From Octopus sinensis (taxonomy: Eukaryota), in contig NC_042998.1 of assembly GCF_006345805.1 (NCBI RefSeq), positions 131,192,001-131,256,000 of the forward strand: a DNA stretch of 64,000 bases, written 5' to 3'. The notes under the pieces are model-generated. The model worked only from the letters and a program-made list of their open reading frames with translations, had not been told where the DNA came from and made no database searches. Made by a program: the position numbers and the translations under genes. Below are positions 1 through 13,560 of the stretch, in pieces (position 1 is the stretch's first letter; the number at the start of each line of letters is the position of its first letter).

Positions 1-1179
1 CCTACCGTGATTTAAATTCAAATTGCAGAGCGGGAGAGGGAAGTGGTACATATACCCAAGATATACTGATTGATGCTCCAACAAATCTACGGAGCCTACT
101 ACAGTAATTTTATTCCAGATAACATCTTTTGTAATGCACATAAATCTAGAGTACCCATATAAAAATCAATTCTCTGACTCTTCTTTAACTGATCGTCGTT
201 ATTACAACATGCTAACATAAATAATGAACAAAGCAAAAATGCTTTAACCAGCTTAAGAACTGCAACAGACTTAATTATAAAATACGATACTAATTACTTG
301 TAATAATTAACGTAAAATCATCTATGGATATCAAACACATTATGTCAAAGTCTCATAGAGTCATAACAACGCTCAAATTAAAGAAATGAACGCACGCAAC
401 ACAAAATAAAATTGAAGGAATAGCAGGGGCCACGTCACATCAAATGTCACAGTTTCCTTCCTAGTGGCTTACACAAATAGAACTTTAACATGAAAACACT
501 TCCAAATAATCTGTCAGCAAATTCGGATTTCAAATCCGGCCACCACTTTCTTTTCTTCTGCCATTCTCTAGACATAGACGGTGAAGTACCTCAAACTATG
601 CGTGAAATGTATAAAATCTATCACACACACACACGCTCACACACACACATACACATAGAGACTTAGACAAAGAGAAGGGGGAAATATACTAGGAATTGTC
701 AATAGCATCTCATCAGTCCAAATAGACAGAAATCAGGAAAATGACGAACAATACATTAAAACCATAAAACCAGTAGACAAGGAATACGTGACATACTTCA
801 TAGAATGAACGAAACTTTTATGTTCATAATCTGACCACATATACGCTCACATTCATCCAGCAGTTATACCAACTACTAGAGTTAACAGCCAAATCGCCAT
901 ACCAAAAGAGGAGAGCAATAAAGTGAACAGATCTCTAGCTGCCTAATCAGGACTCACTAAATACATCAATGTACACACTATTCTCTGTTCAGTGTATGTA
1001 AATGGTACGTTCTTGAGGAAGGCAGAAGTATGACATATTGTGAGACATGGAGACGTGTGTCTAGACTATAGGTAATCAACATATTTCCAGATTTCAAAGA
1101 TCATGGAGATATCACCAATCTCACCAATATATAAAAACTTATATATATATATATATATATATATATAGCGAGAGAGAGA

Positions 1180-2237
1180 GACTTATGGTGTATATTCTCT
1201 TATGTACGCAGTAGAGTATAGTATAAAACACGTACACCTTCAGATTTACCCTGTGCTATCCAGTAGTACTATTATACGTGCTTCCAGGTTTGCGTTTGGG
1301 CATCTGTCATGTGTGATTAGGTTATTGAAAACATTTTAATCAACAAGAAGAGGTACAGTTGGGCATTTTATTTTTTCATCACTACCATTGTTTCCATGCA
1401 ACGTAGTTCTCCAGGGGTACATCTACTTGATTATGGAACTGTTTCGCTGCATTATGAAATATGGTAATGTTTCCTCAGGTGATGTGTCGATTTTTTTCTG
1501 TAAGTTTAAAATCCTCGGATTGAAGAACATCCTATTCGTCTGTCGTGGCCTGAATTTAGTAGTAGTCTCTGAGCTTATCAGGGTATGGTGTTGAATGGTC
1601 GTTGGTGAGTTACGTTGCGTAGAAACAATTGTAGTGATTAAAATATAAATGTCCAACCGTACCCTTTCTTGTTGACTTCAATTTTTCCGGTCCACTTGTA
1701 ACAAGCAGTGAGTTTACTACTAACAATATAGGATGAAGTCTCTTTCTCTACAGAAAAGGATTCCATCAAAAAGCGTGGCAGTATATTAAAAAAACCTTTA
1801 CGGTTGAAGTATAAACATCTTATAATTAAGGGCTAAAGAAGGTTATTCTAAAGCCAATACACTGATTTATCCACTTATAATCCACTTGTTACAGGAAAAC
1901 TGAACTGAAAGCGGGCAACTAACCTTTAGAAAATTTAATTTTTTTATTTTTATATATAAATGATGTACTTAAATGTAGTTGTGTTTTTAGCTTCTGCTTT
2001 TTCCATGATCACATGTGAGTATTTTATTTATATTCCCTCGTAAGCTCTACTGAAGAAGAATGTATCATTTATAGGGATTAATTCCGAAATTGATTCAATA
2101 TAGAGATAACGAAATTTAAATTTTCTAAAGGTTAGTTTCCCGATTTCAGTTCAATTTTCCTGTAACAAGTGGATTATAAGTGGATAAATCAGTGTATTGG
2201 CTTTAGAATAACCTTCTTTAGCCCTTAATTATAAGAT
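1180..2237. mobile_element. Penelope-like (PLE) fold-back insertion between (TA)n tracts, with 122-bp inverted arms around a hammerhead motif
   Basis: 1817-1938 is the reverse complement of 2116-2237 (about 3 mismatches). The right arm runs into (TA)n at 2237. A hammerhead lies at 2045-2105. The left boundary at the (TA)n/(GA)n tract 1140-1180 is inferred. Confidence 0.65.
2045..2105 (+). ncRNA. Minimal type-I hammerhead ribozyme motif
   Basis: Stem I CTCTA/TAGAG, core CTGAAGA, stem II GAAT..ATTC (A.C mismatch at base), GAAA, near-palindromic stem III TTGA-T-TCAA, cleavage triplet ATA. Confidence 0.75.
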
Positions 2238-4186
2238 ATATATATATATATTACATGCATATTAATCTTACGTTAAGATTGACTAATGATAGTTTCAGGC
2301 CATTCCACAAATCAGATGAGAGGTTAGGCGATGGATTCACCCACCTTGTATATTGAGGAACTTGATTGATAATATTAGTAAACGTTTTCCTAATCAAGAT
2401 TCTTTTATGGGTGCAGCTGAGTCTTATAAGGCGGCGCTTGGAAATAGTTGGTTCTCTTTTAAGAAGTGAAACGTAAAATACACTGGGAATATACAGTGCA
2501 AGAATAGAAATAAGAAAAGGAACGTCTTATATGGTACGAACCAATATCTAACCTAGTAGTAAAAACTAACTTAGCTGGAAATTTTTTTAATTCAATAAAT
2601 CACCATTTTTCCCCAGGGCATAAGTATAGAAAATTACTCCATAGGAACTATGCTAAATTCAGTTATACAGCTTGAAAAATATCAGGTGTTACATCAGAGG
2701 CAAAAAAAACCGCGAAGCTGAATAGAAGAGAGATGCAAACAGCTAGCCAACAAAAATCATGCAACTGTACTATTCATGTGATCTGTCCACTAGACGCTAA
2801 CTGTTTGTGGAAAAGTCACTAATATACTGTGCAAAGTTTGAATCAAACAGCAGTAATGAACCTAAAGCATATTGGGGCGACGTAACTCACATTCTAAAGC
2901 TGTCATTACAAGCATAAATATTCAATTGTCAGCCCCGGTAGAAAATGTGCTATATCTTTGACGAAGTTAATATACTTCTTGCGTGATACAAATCCCTATG
3001 AATTCAAAACTACTTGGTCTAATGTAGATAATGTGCAGCCATTAAGGAAACCACCAATACTTTGAACAAAACGCCTTGTGTGTTACATATAAGTATTTTT
3101 TATGCAAATGCACGCCTCCTTGATTTTCATTCTGGTTCGGGAAAAATAAAACTTGGTTTTCGAAATGTTTAATTATTACGTTTCATTGATATATATTTTA
3201 ACATGTATGTATGCGTATCTATTGTGAATATATGTATATAGGAACACGTGTATAGGCATAAATGTTTGTATATGTGTGTCTATGAGTGTACATATGCGCA
3301 GGCACGAACAAAATGAACACCTACGTACATATTCATTGTTTTTAAAAGAAAAACATTTATTAATTGTATAAAATGTCTTACTTGAAAGTATCATTTTGGA
3401 ACATTGCTTAAACAGCAAAACGTTTGTGATTGAAAAAATGATTTAAATGAACATGTGGTTACAGAGACGAAAGCTTTTGTATTGTTGCTGTTTGTTACAA
3501 AATATGTATACACAATATACTTAGCCTTAGAGTTTCTAGAGATTCTTTTAGATTCTAGAGGGCAGTTTCTAAAAAAATGCATATATACACACAAATTCAC
3601 TGATCTTTGAAATACACACTCGTGCGTACACACACTTGTATCAGCCTCTATTTGTTTTTTTGCAAATGATTGTCTTTCATATGCCTTCTAAATTTAGATG
3701 GCAAATTACTGACAAAATTGCCATTTTTCAATACGATGGTTTGTTAGTCTTTTCATTAAAGGCCTGCCGGTAATTATGGCTTAAGAGACAATGTTTCTTA
3801 AAGAGATAAAGACCTTTAGAAGACTTGAGCCAGTGGTATAACGACAGCAATTTTGGATCAGAGTACCAAGTCATCTTATATTTGTTTCATTTGTTTTTTT
3901 TTGTTGTTGTTTTTTGTATGTATTTTGTTTAGGCGGGGGCGAGTTGATAGTTATTCTATATTGTGTAATACTGTAACTGTCTTTATGTTTGTTGCTATTG
4001 TTGTTGATTCTGATGATGATAGTGAAGGCGAGGAGATGGAGAGGAAGGATGAGAAGAAGAGGAATGTTGAGTTTTTTGCCCCCGGTCAGGTATGAGGGAG
4101 CAGATCAATGATCAGAAGTTTTCTTCTTTTCATTCAGTTATAGAGCTTCTACGACTACTGTCTGTCTATGTCTGCCTATCTGTCTG

Positions 4187-4223
<37 letters not shown>

Positions 4224-4529
4224 CTAGATGTGTACCTTGAATCCCAAAGCATAAAGTATATCTCAGTCAGTTGTTTGTACGCAGCTGCTCAATTTCTCAT
4301 TATTGTCGGGTGTTGTACTTGCTGTCTCATATGTAATTACATATTTCTGCTGCTTTCATGTATATATACATACACACCCACGTATACACACATACACACA
4401 TATATATATATATATATAGACAAACTGATTAATAGATATTAGATGATAAAACGAATACATACATATAGTACATATACTTATGTGTCTGTATATGTGTGTG
4501 AGCGAATGCGAGTATTTATAAATACCCAA

Positions 4530-4591
<62 letters not shown>

Positions 4592-5973
4592 CTGATACCT
4601 CAATGTTTACTGTTATCATTGGATTGGATCTGAAAACATTAGCGAGTTAACATCAACCGAAATGAAATATTGCCGATAGAAATTTATTAAGTTGATAGGA
4701 TCATAATTCTATTTGTTCATCGATCGAAATTTCACTTACACTACGTAAGGGGTGTTTATTAACATATAATTTTTCTGAGAAAATCATCTTATTCCACATT
4801 CCCCAAATTCATTTAGCAACCCCTGGAACATTACTATGTCATCTGAGAATGCTAGAGAGACTCATCTCGCATGCAATCTTTACAAGTAATGTGGGTGAGC
4901 TGCAGATGCTTAGTTTCCCTTTTAATGTGAAACTAATACTGAACCTCAAAAGACATTTTTATTTCTATTCAGATAAATGCTAAAAGAGAATGTTTGCTTG
5001 TCTTTTAATTGTTGTCGTATTCCCTGAAACTTTCATAGTTACTACCATAATGTGTAACTTTATGTAACTTCATAGTTACTACTATGATGTGTAGCTTTTC
5101 AACAATTTTCACTTTGCAAATTTCTCGTACTTGTGACTCAAATAGTTACCATAGTCCTATGTCATTTCCTAACTGTGTTAAGATGTTAATTTAATTGAAG
5201 CTTGTTGTCATTCTTTTGAAGAAAATACTGTTCATGTTTGTGATTAATGATTACTACGAGATCTGAAAGTTTCAAATTTATTTAAAAGCACCCCTGGGTT
5301 CACTAAAAATTAAATAGAGGATGTATAATCTATACAGTAAATTAACGTAATAATTTATAACTTTGATATAATTGTTATAATTTTCTTTATCATAATCACA
5401 ATCACTCTCGAACTCCTCTCCTCCTGATAGTCTTCGCTCTCGGCAGCTTCGGTGGTGGTACCTGGATAGAAATTTCTACTTGCTCACAAACAAAAAAATA
5501 TCATTATAATTTACGTCACTTAGGTTAAAACAAAAATGAAAAAAATCAGCTCCAACTGAATACATTTTCAACACTACTACACTTTACATGGGAATCACTT
5601 AGCTTTGTATTACTATGTGCTTCTTCGTCACTATCACCGCCATTAGTAACATTATGTTAATGTAGTTATTAGATTAGTACACGTCAACATGACAGGCTTT
5701 ATTTCTGTCACCTTTCAGTAATTCTTAATCTTTTTACTCCAAGCCTCGCCTTACTTTCTTCTTGTCATTTATTTTGTCTTGATTTATAAAAATTTATTCT
5801 TTTCTTCTTAAACACTTGTTTCTGTTTCTTTCGTATTGTCGTTTACCAGTTCTTCTCTCCAAGAAAACAACGAGTTCTTCACGTAATAATCTTCATATGC
5901 TTTCTGGAGTTCGAAGTTGAGTTACTTCCCTTACTATTTCTCAGTCTGCTTGACTTGCAATGTACCTGAGTTA

Positions 5974-6150
5974 CAGGGTGTTCGAGATAAATTTAACGAT
6001 CTTTATGTCTCCTTTTCTCAAAAACAGCTACATGTATTGATGAACAGTCAGTGGCTTTGTAGAGCATAAAGATTAATGTTGTAGTTGAGAAAAAGTAAGC
6101 TGACATGTGGGACTGAATGATGAGCAATCCTGTTATTGTCTGCATCTACA
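5974..6150 (+). mobile_element. Terminal fragment of a probable Tc1/mariner-superfamily non-autonomous element
   Basis: Starts TA|CAGGGTGTTC. A diverged second copy lies at about 8414-8545. Confidence 0.45.
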
Positions 6151-6383
6151 GAAGACGACGATCCAGACATGAATGTGAACAATATCATGGACAAGACATG
6201 AATGGGAACAATGATATTGTCGTACCCATTATATAATGCATATTACATCAGGACCATGACAGTTATTTAGTCATCACTGAATATTCGATTTTTTACCTAC
6301 ACGTTGTTAAAACAATTATAAACCATGAAGTAAATATAATACCAGCAATTTCATTCTTCACTCAATACGCACACAGATACACA

Positions 6384-6430
<47 letters not shown>

Positions 6431-6727
6431 CACTCCATTTTCCTTTCTATGTAGTTATATAATGCATCTCTATTATGCTTAAAGTGTCTCTATTCACCTC
6501 ACCCACTCGCCCGACACACCCGCTACTTTTCCTTACATTACCATAGCGTATAAAACAGCAAGAAACCATAAAACAATAAAGAAACACGAGTTAATTTTTA
6601 TTATAAAATCAAATTTACAGTAGGGCTAAAAACATTGAATCACTTTTATGGCAAGAGTTTTCCTGTGTACGAAATGCTTTAAAAATTATTGGAGAACATT
6701 CTCATGTTTTACTTGAGTACTACCGTC

Positions 6728-7128
6728 ACTCTTACTCTTTTACTTGTTTCAGTCATTTGACTGCGGCCATGCTGGAGCACCACCTTTAGTCGAGCAAATC
6801 GACCCCGGGACTTATTCTTTGTAAGCCCAGTACTTATTCTATCGGTCTCTTTTGCCGAACCGCTAAGTAACAGGGACGTAAACACACCAGCATCGGTTGT
6901 CAAGCAATGCTAGGGGGACAAACAGACACACAAACACACACACACACATATATATATACATATTTACGACGGGCTTCTTTCAGTTTCCGTCTACCAAATC
7001 CACTCACAAGGCTTTGGTCGGCCCGAGGCTATAGTAGAAGACACTTGCCCAAGATGCCACGCAGTGGGACTGAACCCGGAACCATGTGGTTGGTAAGCAA
7101 GCTTACTTACCACACAGCCACTCCTGCC
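6728..7128 (-). mobile_element. Full-length tRNA-derived CORE-type SINE (octopus OR2-like)
   Basis: Minus strand starts GGCAGGAGTGGCTGTGTGGTAAG (A box), then GGTTCAGTCC (B box) and CTTGGGCAAGTGTCTT (CORE-like). It has an internal CA/TA microsatellite and several other copies in the window. Confidence 0.85.
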
Positions 7129-7895
7129 TCTGTTGAAAAATTTAACAGACATACGCATGTAACGTAAACCTAGGTATCAGTTATGTTCTTTACGTCTGGT
7201 CGTAAAATGGAGCTATTTTCCATCGATGCATTCAATCCCTTTACCTAATGAAACGGACTTTCAACGGCATTCCAGATCTTAGTTAACCGGGCAAAACTGC
7301 CAAAACTTTGGCGATTTTGTTCTTTCCTTCTATGTTTTGATTCAACTTGCTCACCCAACCCATTTAATAAGTTCATCCCACTACATTCAGTGGCATCAAT
7401 TCAATATCCGTTCCTGATTAACTCGGGAGTCTAGCAAAGGCACTGGGATATTGCGTCAAAATATATTTGACAGACAGCAACAAGAATTATTTGTTATCTA
7501 ATCAAAAAGTATAAAAACAGTTACACGGAACATAACTAATCCTTCAGATATGTAGTTATGCGAAATATCACTTCATTGTCCAAGTAGATAGTCAGTCTGA
7601 AAGAGGGACGAATTTAAAACGCCACCATTTTTCAATCAATAGTTGGAACTTCATATATCAATGGTTTAAGGAAACACCTGGTGTATCTAGCTGAAAAAAC
7701 ACGACAGAATTATGCTAGCATTCATTATGTTAAACAAGAACTGAGACATTGTGTACAATAGCAAACACAAAAGTATAATCCTCTGTTGGATTATATTTGT
7801 GTCCAGCTGCAAAAAAATATGTTGCACGAGCAAAACTCTGATTGCATGGTTTTGGTGCCAAACGTTGTTAATGTTAGAAATGCGCTCACGTGCAC

Positions 7896-7942
<47 letters not shown>

Positions 7943-7947
<5 letters not shown>

Positions 7948-8222
7948 GTAAATGTAATATGAGACAATTATTCGGTAGCCATAATAAAACTCTGAGTTTC
8001 GTATGTCGGTGTGGAAATCCACGCCGCCAGCATTTTTTCCGATGGCCGGATAACTGAAGAGATGGCGGCGTGGATTTCCACCCTGACATCCGAAACTCGG
8101 AGTTTTATCATGGCTACCAAATAATTGTCACATATTACATTTACAGATAAATTCCTCTATTTACATAATATCAAGATCTCTTTCATTCTTTTGTTGTCTT
8201 ACCATTTCTACCAATACACACG
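7943..8222. mobile_element. PLE-like fold-back insertion at (TA)n with 87-bp inverted arms
   Basis: 7943-8029 is the reverse complement of 8063-8149 (about 7 mismatches). TA repeats flank both sides and it contains a hammerhead. Confidence 0.7.
8044..8115 (+). ncRNA. Type-I hammerhead ribozyme motif
   Basis: Stem I GATAA/TTATC (extendable by GGCC/GGCT), core CTGAAGA, stem II GATG..GTGG-ATTT-CCAC..CATC, GAAAC-TCGGA-GTT stem III, cleavage triplet GTT. Confidence 0.75.
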
Positions 8223-8413
8223 TATATATATATATATATATACCCATACATGTATATATATACCTATACATGTATATATATACATACATATATACACACA
8301 CAAATACTTACTCATGCATACATACACTTGTGTGTGTATGCATGTGTGTACATGTATATATTTACGTAGAGATACACATACACACACTCCTACACATATA
8401 CACACACATAAAA

Positions 8414-8545
8414 TGGGTGTTCGGGGTATAATTTAACGATTTTTATGTCCCCTGTCAAGAACAGCTATGTGTTGTTGTAGTTGAAAAAAGTTAGCTGGCA
8501 TGTAGGACTGGCTGATGATCCAGCCTAGTATTGTTTGTGTTCTGC
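8414..8545 (+). mobile_element. Second copy of the 5974-6150 DNA-transposon end
   Basis: GGGTGTTCG..AATTTAACGAT.TTTATGTC..AACAGCTA..TGTTGTAGTTGA.AAAAGT.AGCTG.CATGT.GGACTG is shared with 5974-6150. Confidence 0.45.
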
Positions 8546-9999
8546 CTTGCGATTATCACTACTGGGTCGCGGAAACTGTACCTGACGAAAGTGTCGACAC
8601 GAAACTCAAGGCGACGATCTCTGAAGATACTGCTTCGAATAAAAGCTATATCTGAAAACGAAAACCAAAGAACATATGTATACATTCTGACGTATGCACA
8701 CATTTTAACATCATACGTTTGTAAACATCATATATTTATGTAATCCACTCTCTGATTCGCATCGAATTGCTAATGCCATTCGGATTACATTTTCTCTATT
8801 CTACGAATATATACATATCTACATTTACCCCTACAACGTGTTTGTATACATTTCGTAATTAATTAGGTTCGAAGCGGCACAACGCCAGTGTTTATCATTG
8901 TTGTGCAACAGAGCAAGACATTCCGCCTTCGTTCGTAGTTTAAAGCAGAACATCTTCCCTATATGGCGAACAATTTAATATAAACAATATCGTTAAATAT
9001 GAACAATCTATCAATAAACTGAGATCAAAGAGGCGACTGCAAACCATTTGTTTCATTAATAATATTTAAATACATTATGTATATACTCGTATGCTTGCAT
9101 TTGTATTTGTACGTAAATATGTATAGGCATAAATATGTGTGCATATATATATATAATACATATATGTGTGTGCATTCATACATACATACGCATAGGTGTA
9201 TACCCACACATATATTTACATGTATATATAAATATATGTGTAAATACATAAATACACATATACAATTGTATGTGTGTGTGTGCGAGTCTGTGTATGCGCG
9301 CGTTTTTCTGTGTGCGCGTGTAATTCATGAAAGCGATAGTTTTAATTCGTAATATGCCATCACATATAAAACGACCAAAATATAACTACCATGTTGTTTT
9401 TTTTTCTAAAACCAACCACTCTATCGCTTTAAGGTCACTAAATCGGCTGACAGTGGAATCTGAATCAAGGATGAAAAACACTAGTATTCAGAAACTGGAA
9501 TATAATAGATTTATTGTATTAGAGTTATAGTCTGGGAGGAAACAAGAGCAACAAAGAATAGAATTCAGCCAGATACCACCGCAGGAGATGAACACCAGCA
9601 ACACTTCATATCTTATAAGGACTACAAATAGAGATCACACCACCTGTTCTATGTTACATATCGCCAAACTCGCTTCCATTACGTACCACCACTTTCACCA
9701 ACGCCACTAACGGTACTGATATTATCACATCACCACAGAAACAAAGTAGGCTAACCATCATTGGTATTATTGTTGCTGTTGTTATTATCATCATTATTAC
9801 CATTAGTACTATTATTATTGTTATTATTATTATTATTATAGCTGCATTAGTTAGCAAGGAACCATCTCAAATTGCAGGAACTCTATACTCCCATATGGTA
9901 TTTTAAAATATGGGCGCGCATACGAAAACACACACTCCTATGTACACAGATACACATATATATGCATCAGTGTATCTATGCCTGTATGTGTGTATGCAT

Positions 10000-10066
<67 letters not shown>

Positions 10067-10462
10067 GTGTATATGTGCGTGTGAGTGTGTTTATTTACGT
10101 ATTATGTGTATGTGTATGCATAGTTGCACGCAACAGTATACATCCATATACTTTTAAAATTTGTCACTGAGATTCCGCTTTATACACTCACACACATTTT
10201 TAACGAATTTCTCACATACATATTCATCACACACATACACGTGTGCATCCCTTCATACACAGCCTTGCATTCTTAAGCAAAAAAAGAGGACATGCGGAAG
10301 AGAAGGGGATTTGCCTACAAATGAGAAAGAGTTAAATGCAGACCGACTAACACATTTTACGCATACACGTATTTAACAATTATCATATATACATAATGAA
10401 ATGCATGTATGTATATGAACAATCAACTAAAGAATAGAATTCAGCCAGATAAAAAAAAAAAC

Positions 10463-11270
10463 TCAGGTTGTTTGGTTGGAAGAGTCGTTAAGTCGCTGGA
10501 GAAAGTGTCTTGCAATATATTTTTCTAGCTCTTTACATTCAGAGATCAAATCCAGCTTAGATCGACTTTGCCTTTCATCCATACGCGGTCGGTAAAAATT
10601 ATCTCGCATTCCTGGCCTCAGGTTAATGGTATCGGCTAAACACTTCCATTCAAAATGTCTGGTCTTGTGTTTTAATTGGAAAGTATTTATTTTTTTTAAC
10701 CCACAGAGGGTTAAACATGGAGGGGACAAACAAGGAGAGAAAAATCTCAGTGCGTAACTGGTACTTATTTAATCGACCCCGAAAGGATGTAAGGCAAAGT
10801 CGATTTCGACGGAATCTGAACTCAGAACGTAACGGCAGACCAAATACCTATTTCTATTTCTTTACTACCCACAAGGGGCTAAATACAGAGAGGGCAAACA
10901 AGGATAGACAAACGATTTAAGTCGATTATATCGACCCTAGTTCATAACTGGTACTTAATTTATCGACCCCGAAAGGATGAAAGGCAAAGTTCACCTCGGC
11001 CGAATTTGAACTCAGAACGTAACGGCAGGCGAAATACCTGTTTCTTTATTACCCACAAGGGGCTAAACATAGAGGGGACAAACAAGGACAGACATAGGTA
11101 TTAAGTCGATTACATCGACCCCAGTGTGTAACTGGTACTTAATTTATCGACCCCGAGAGGATGAAAGGCAAAGTCGACCTCGGCGGAATTTGAACTCACA
11201 ACGTAACGCAGACGAAATACCGCTAAGCATTTCGACCGACATGCTAACGATGTGCCAGCTAACCGCCCTT
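10463..11270 (-). mobile_element. Cluster/tandem array of Deu/Nin-domain-like SINE units
   Basis: Minus-strand motif GAGTTCAAATTCCGCCGAGGTCGACTTTGCCTTTCATCCT.TCGGGGTCGATAAATTAAGTACCAG recurs. Units start near 10699, 10867 and 11051, the head is near 11268, and an older copy lies at 10463-10680. Confidence 0.8.
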
Positions 11271-11309
11271 TAAATAAAAAAAAGTATTATGCAGTTTACC
11301 AAGGTTTAG

Positions 11310-11480
11310 GATTGGCAGAATTGTTAAAGCACCACCAAATACAATACCTTATATAATTCTATTACGGTTCTTTGCATTCTGATTTCAAACCCCGGCGGAA
11401 TTATATTTACGTTTCATTCTTTCGAAGTAGGTAGACTAAAATATTTATCATGAGTTGCCATCGATGTAATCGACTACAGA
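11310..11480 (+). mobile_element. Degenerate Nin-like SINE copy
   Basis: TGGCAGAATTGTTAAAGCA..TTCTGATTTCAAAC..TTTCATTCTTTCG..TCGATGTAATCGACT matches the family. Confidence 0.6.
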
Positions 11481-11899
11481 AGAATTTTCCGCATTGTATA
11501 CTTCCTTAACTTTATTGTTGAATACTTTTATTTTGTGATTGAACGAATTTTCAGTTGTAGACAGTGAGTCGGTAAAACATTTTTCTAAATTAAAAAAATT
11601 AATAAATAAAAACGACTTTAACTAGGAAAAAAAGGAGAAAGCGGTAAATCAACACTGGAACTGAGATTGGTTCTCTAATGTGAAGCTGCAAGAATAAAAG
11701 TGATTCAGTTGTGTTGCCAGCAGAAGAAAAATAAATTTTGTCTCACTCAACTGCTATTGTGTGTGTGTTGGGGGGGGGGAACCTAATAGCGTGATTTAAA
11801 CAATTTTCACAAGTCAGATATCAATGAAAACCTTTGGATTTACTCAAAGCATGTTTAACAAGAAAAGATAAGAAAAATTAATATTGCAAATATAATTCT

Positions 11900-13560
11900 G
11901 AGTTCCTAAATTGCAAGACAAAATTTGATGAATAATTGACACAGCAGATGCAGTAAAACGTTATATTTTCCTTCATTATTTCTAACAAGATACAAAATGA
12001 CTTCATTGAGGCAGTAGGAATACTTAATACAGTAAACAATACTTAAAAAGAAATCTCGCAACGCTAATTCATTGAAATAGATGTGAATGAAATGTTTGAT
12101 ATTTCAGCTACAGGTCATGGCTCCGGTTTTAATATATAAATTAAAGAAGCCTTCATAGGATCTGATAAACATGAAGAGAGAAAAGCTATTGGTGTAGTAG
12201 ATCCATAGTCAACAAGTTAAGCCAATACATCTGTGACGAAAAGTTTGTAGCACTGACATGTAATATAAAATCGATAGAGGGATCTCTTTCAATAATGTTC
12301 AAAACAAATAGTTTTCTTTAAAGGTATCAATTATGTTTTTACCAATGTGCATACTCACAGGCTGGAACATTTATTTTAACCTGCAAAACTCATGCTTGAA
12401 TACACATAGAGTTTTAGACGAATTATTGCAAGAATACATTCTAAAATTTACGCAAACTACCTGGAGTTTGTACTCAACGTTAATGCGAACCATTTTATAT
12501 TATCATAATGAGTTTTGTAGACTTTTGAAAACTACCGGGGATCCTTTGATGTGAAATTCAGATAGTTTAAAGAATAGCAACCGACATTATAACTGGCTGA
12601 TATAACATAATTTCTTCACTTGATTTATGACTTAAATTTCAGACAAATTCCTCAGTATCTTCCAATCTTAAATAATATTCCATATCGCATTGAAAGAATC
12701 AATACAGTCAAAAGATTACTCGAGTGTCTGCACACATACTTTAATGATATTAATGAAAAGTTTGAAGAATACAGGGCAGAATAGACTGTATCAAACTAAC
12801 GTTTGAATTTTTCAATTAAGGAAGATAATAAATATATCTGACACAAGGCTTCAACATTTGAGGAGAGATTATGGTTGATTATATTAATCCCAGTTCTTGT
12901 CTGTTAAGTTTTCTTTTTCCTCTGTTGACACCGTAAGAATAGATGGCAGCAAAGTGAAACTGGTGAGATTTGAACTCAACGTAAAGAACCCTAAATAAGT
13001 TCTGCTGAAGCTTTGGCTCGATATCCTATTGTTATTCCAAAACCATGGCTCGTATTCTGCCTATTATTAAATGATATATAGTGCAAGATACAATGATTTC
13101 AAAATCTATAATTTATTTTATCACTGGGTAGTAAAGAAAACTGAGTAGTGAAGATAAAACTACAGAGAGTTTAGCAAAGAATTATAATTTCTTCCATGAT
13201 CTATATGCAATTTACGAAGCACAAATATTCCAGGATAAATTAAATAAAAATCTGCTTGCGTTTCTATTTCTATTTTAAAATTAATTCAAACTAATTCCCC
13301 GAAGTAGTAAAACTGTTACAATTGAATTCCTGCTACAGTAGTTTCTTCTGCTGAAAGGTCGATGTCACCTTTCAAAGTGATTAGACGCTTCACTAGGAAT
13401 AGAACGAAAAATTAAAAGCTTACATTAAATTCCTTAATTTCCAATGAGAAGATAAAATTGACTAAAATAGACTACATTCCCACTTAGTGTTTCTTTGGAA
13501 AAGTGACAAATCTTTCCTGTTAGCAACAGAGATAAAAGAACGTGGTTCATCTATAAATAT
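11900..13560 (+). pseudogene. Decayed hAT (ZMYM1/Tip100-like) transposase, interrupted by a SINE
   Basis: Hand-translated fragments: ISNKIQNDFIEAV (~11980), FIEIDVNEMFDIS (~12070), NVHTHRLE (~12345, resembles HCxAHRLN) and FPEVVKLL..IPATVVSSAERSMSPFKVIRRFTRN (~13296-13400, hAT dimerisation domain). Many stops and frameshifts. Confidence 0.7.
12845..13030 (-). mobile_element. Degenerate Nin-like SINE inserted in the hAT relic
   Basis: ACAAGGCT..GGTTGATTATATT..CCCAGT..GATTTGAACTCAACGTAAAG resembles the family on the minus strand. Confidence 0.55.

Noticed and set aside
3985-4095. Acidic DSDDDSEGEE segment ending at CAG|GTATGA
   Set aside because: Low-complexity GAT/GAG-derived sequence with no clear acceptor site.
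8582-8607. Hammerhead-like CTGACGA-AA-GTG-TCGA-CAC-GAAAC
   Set aside because: The core and stem II fit, but neither stem III nor stem I can be formed.
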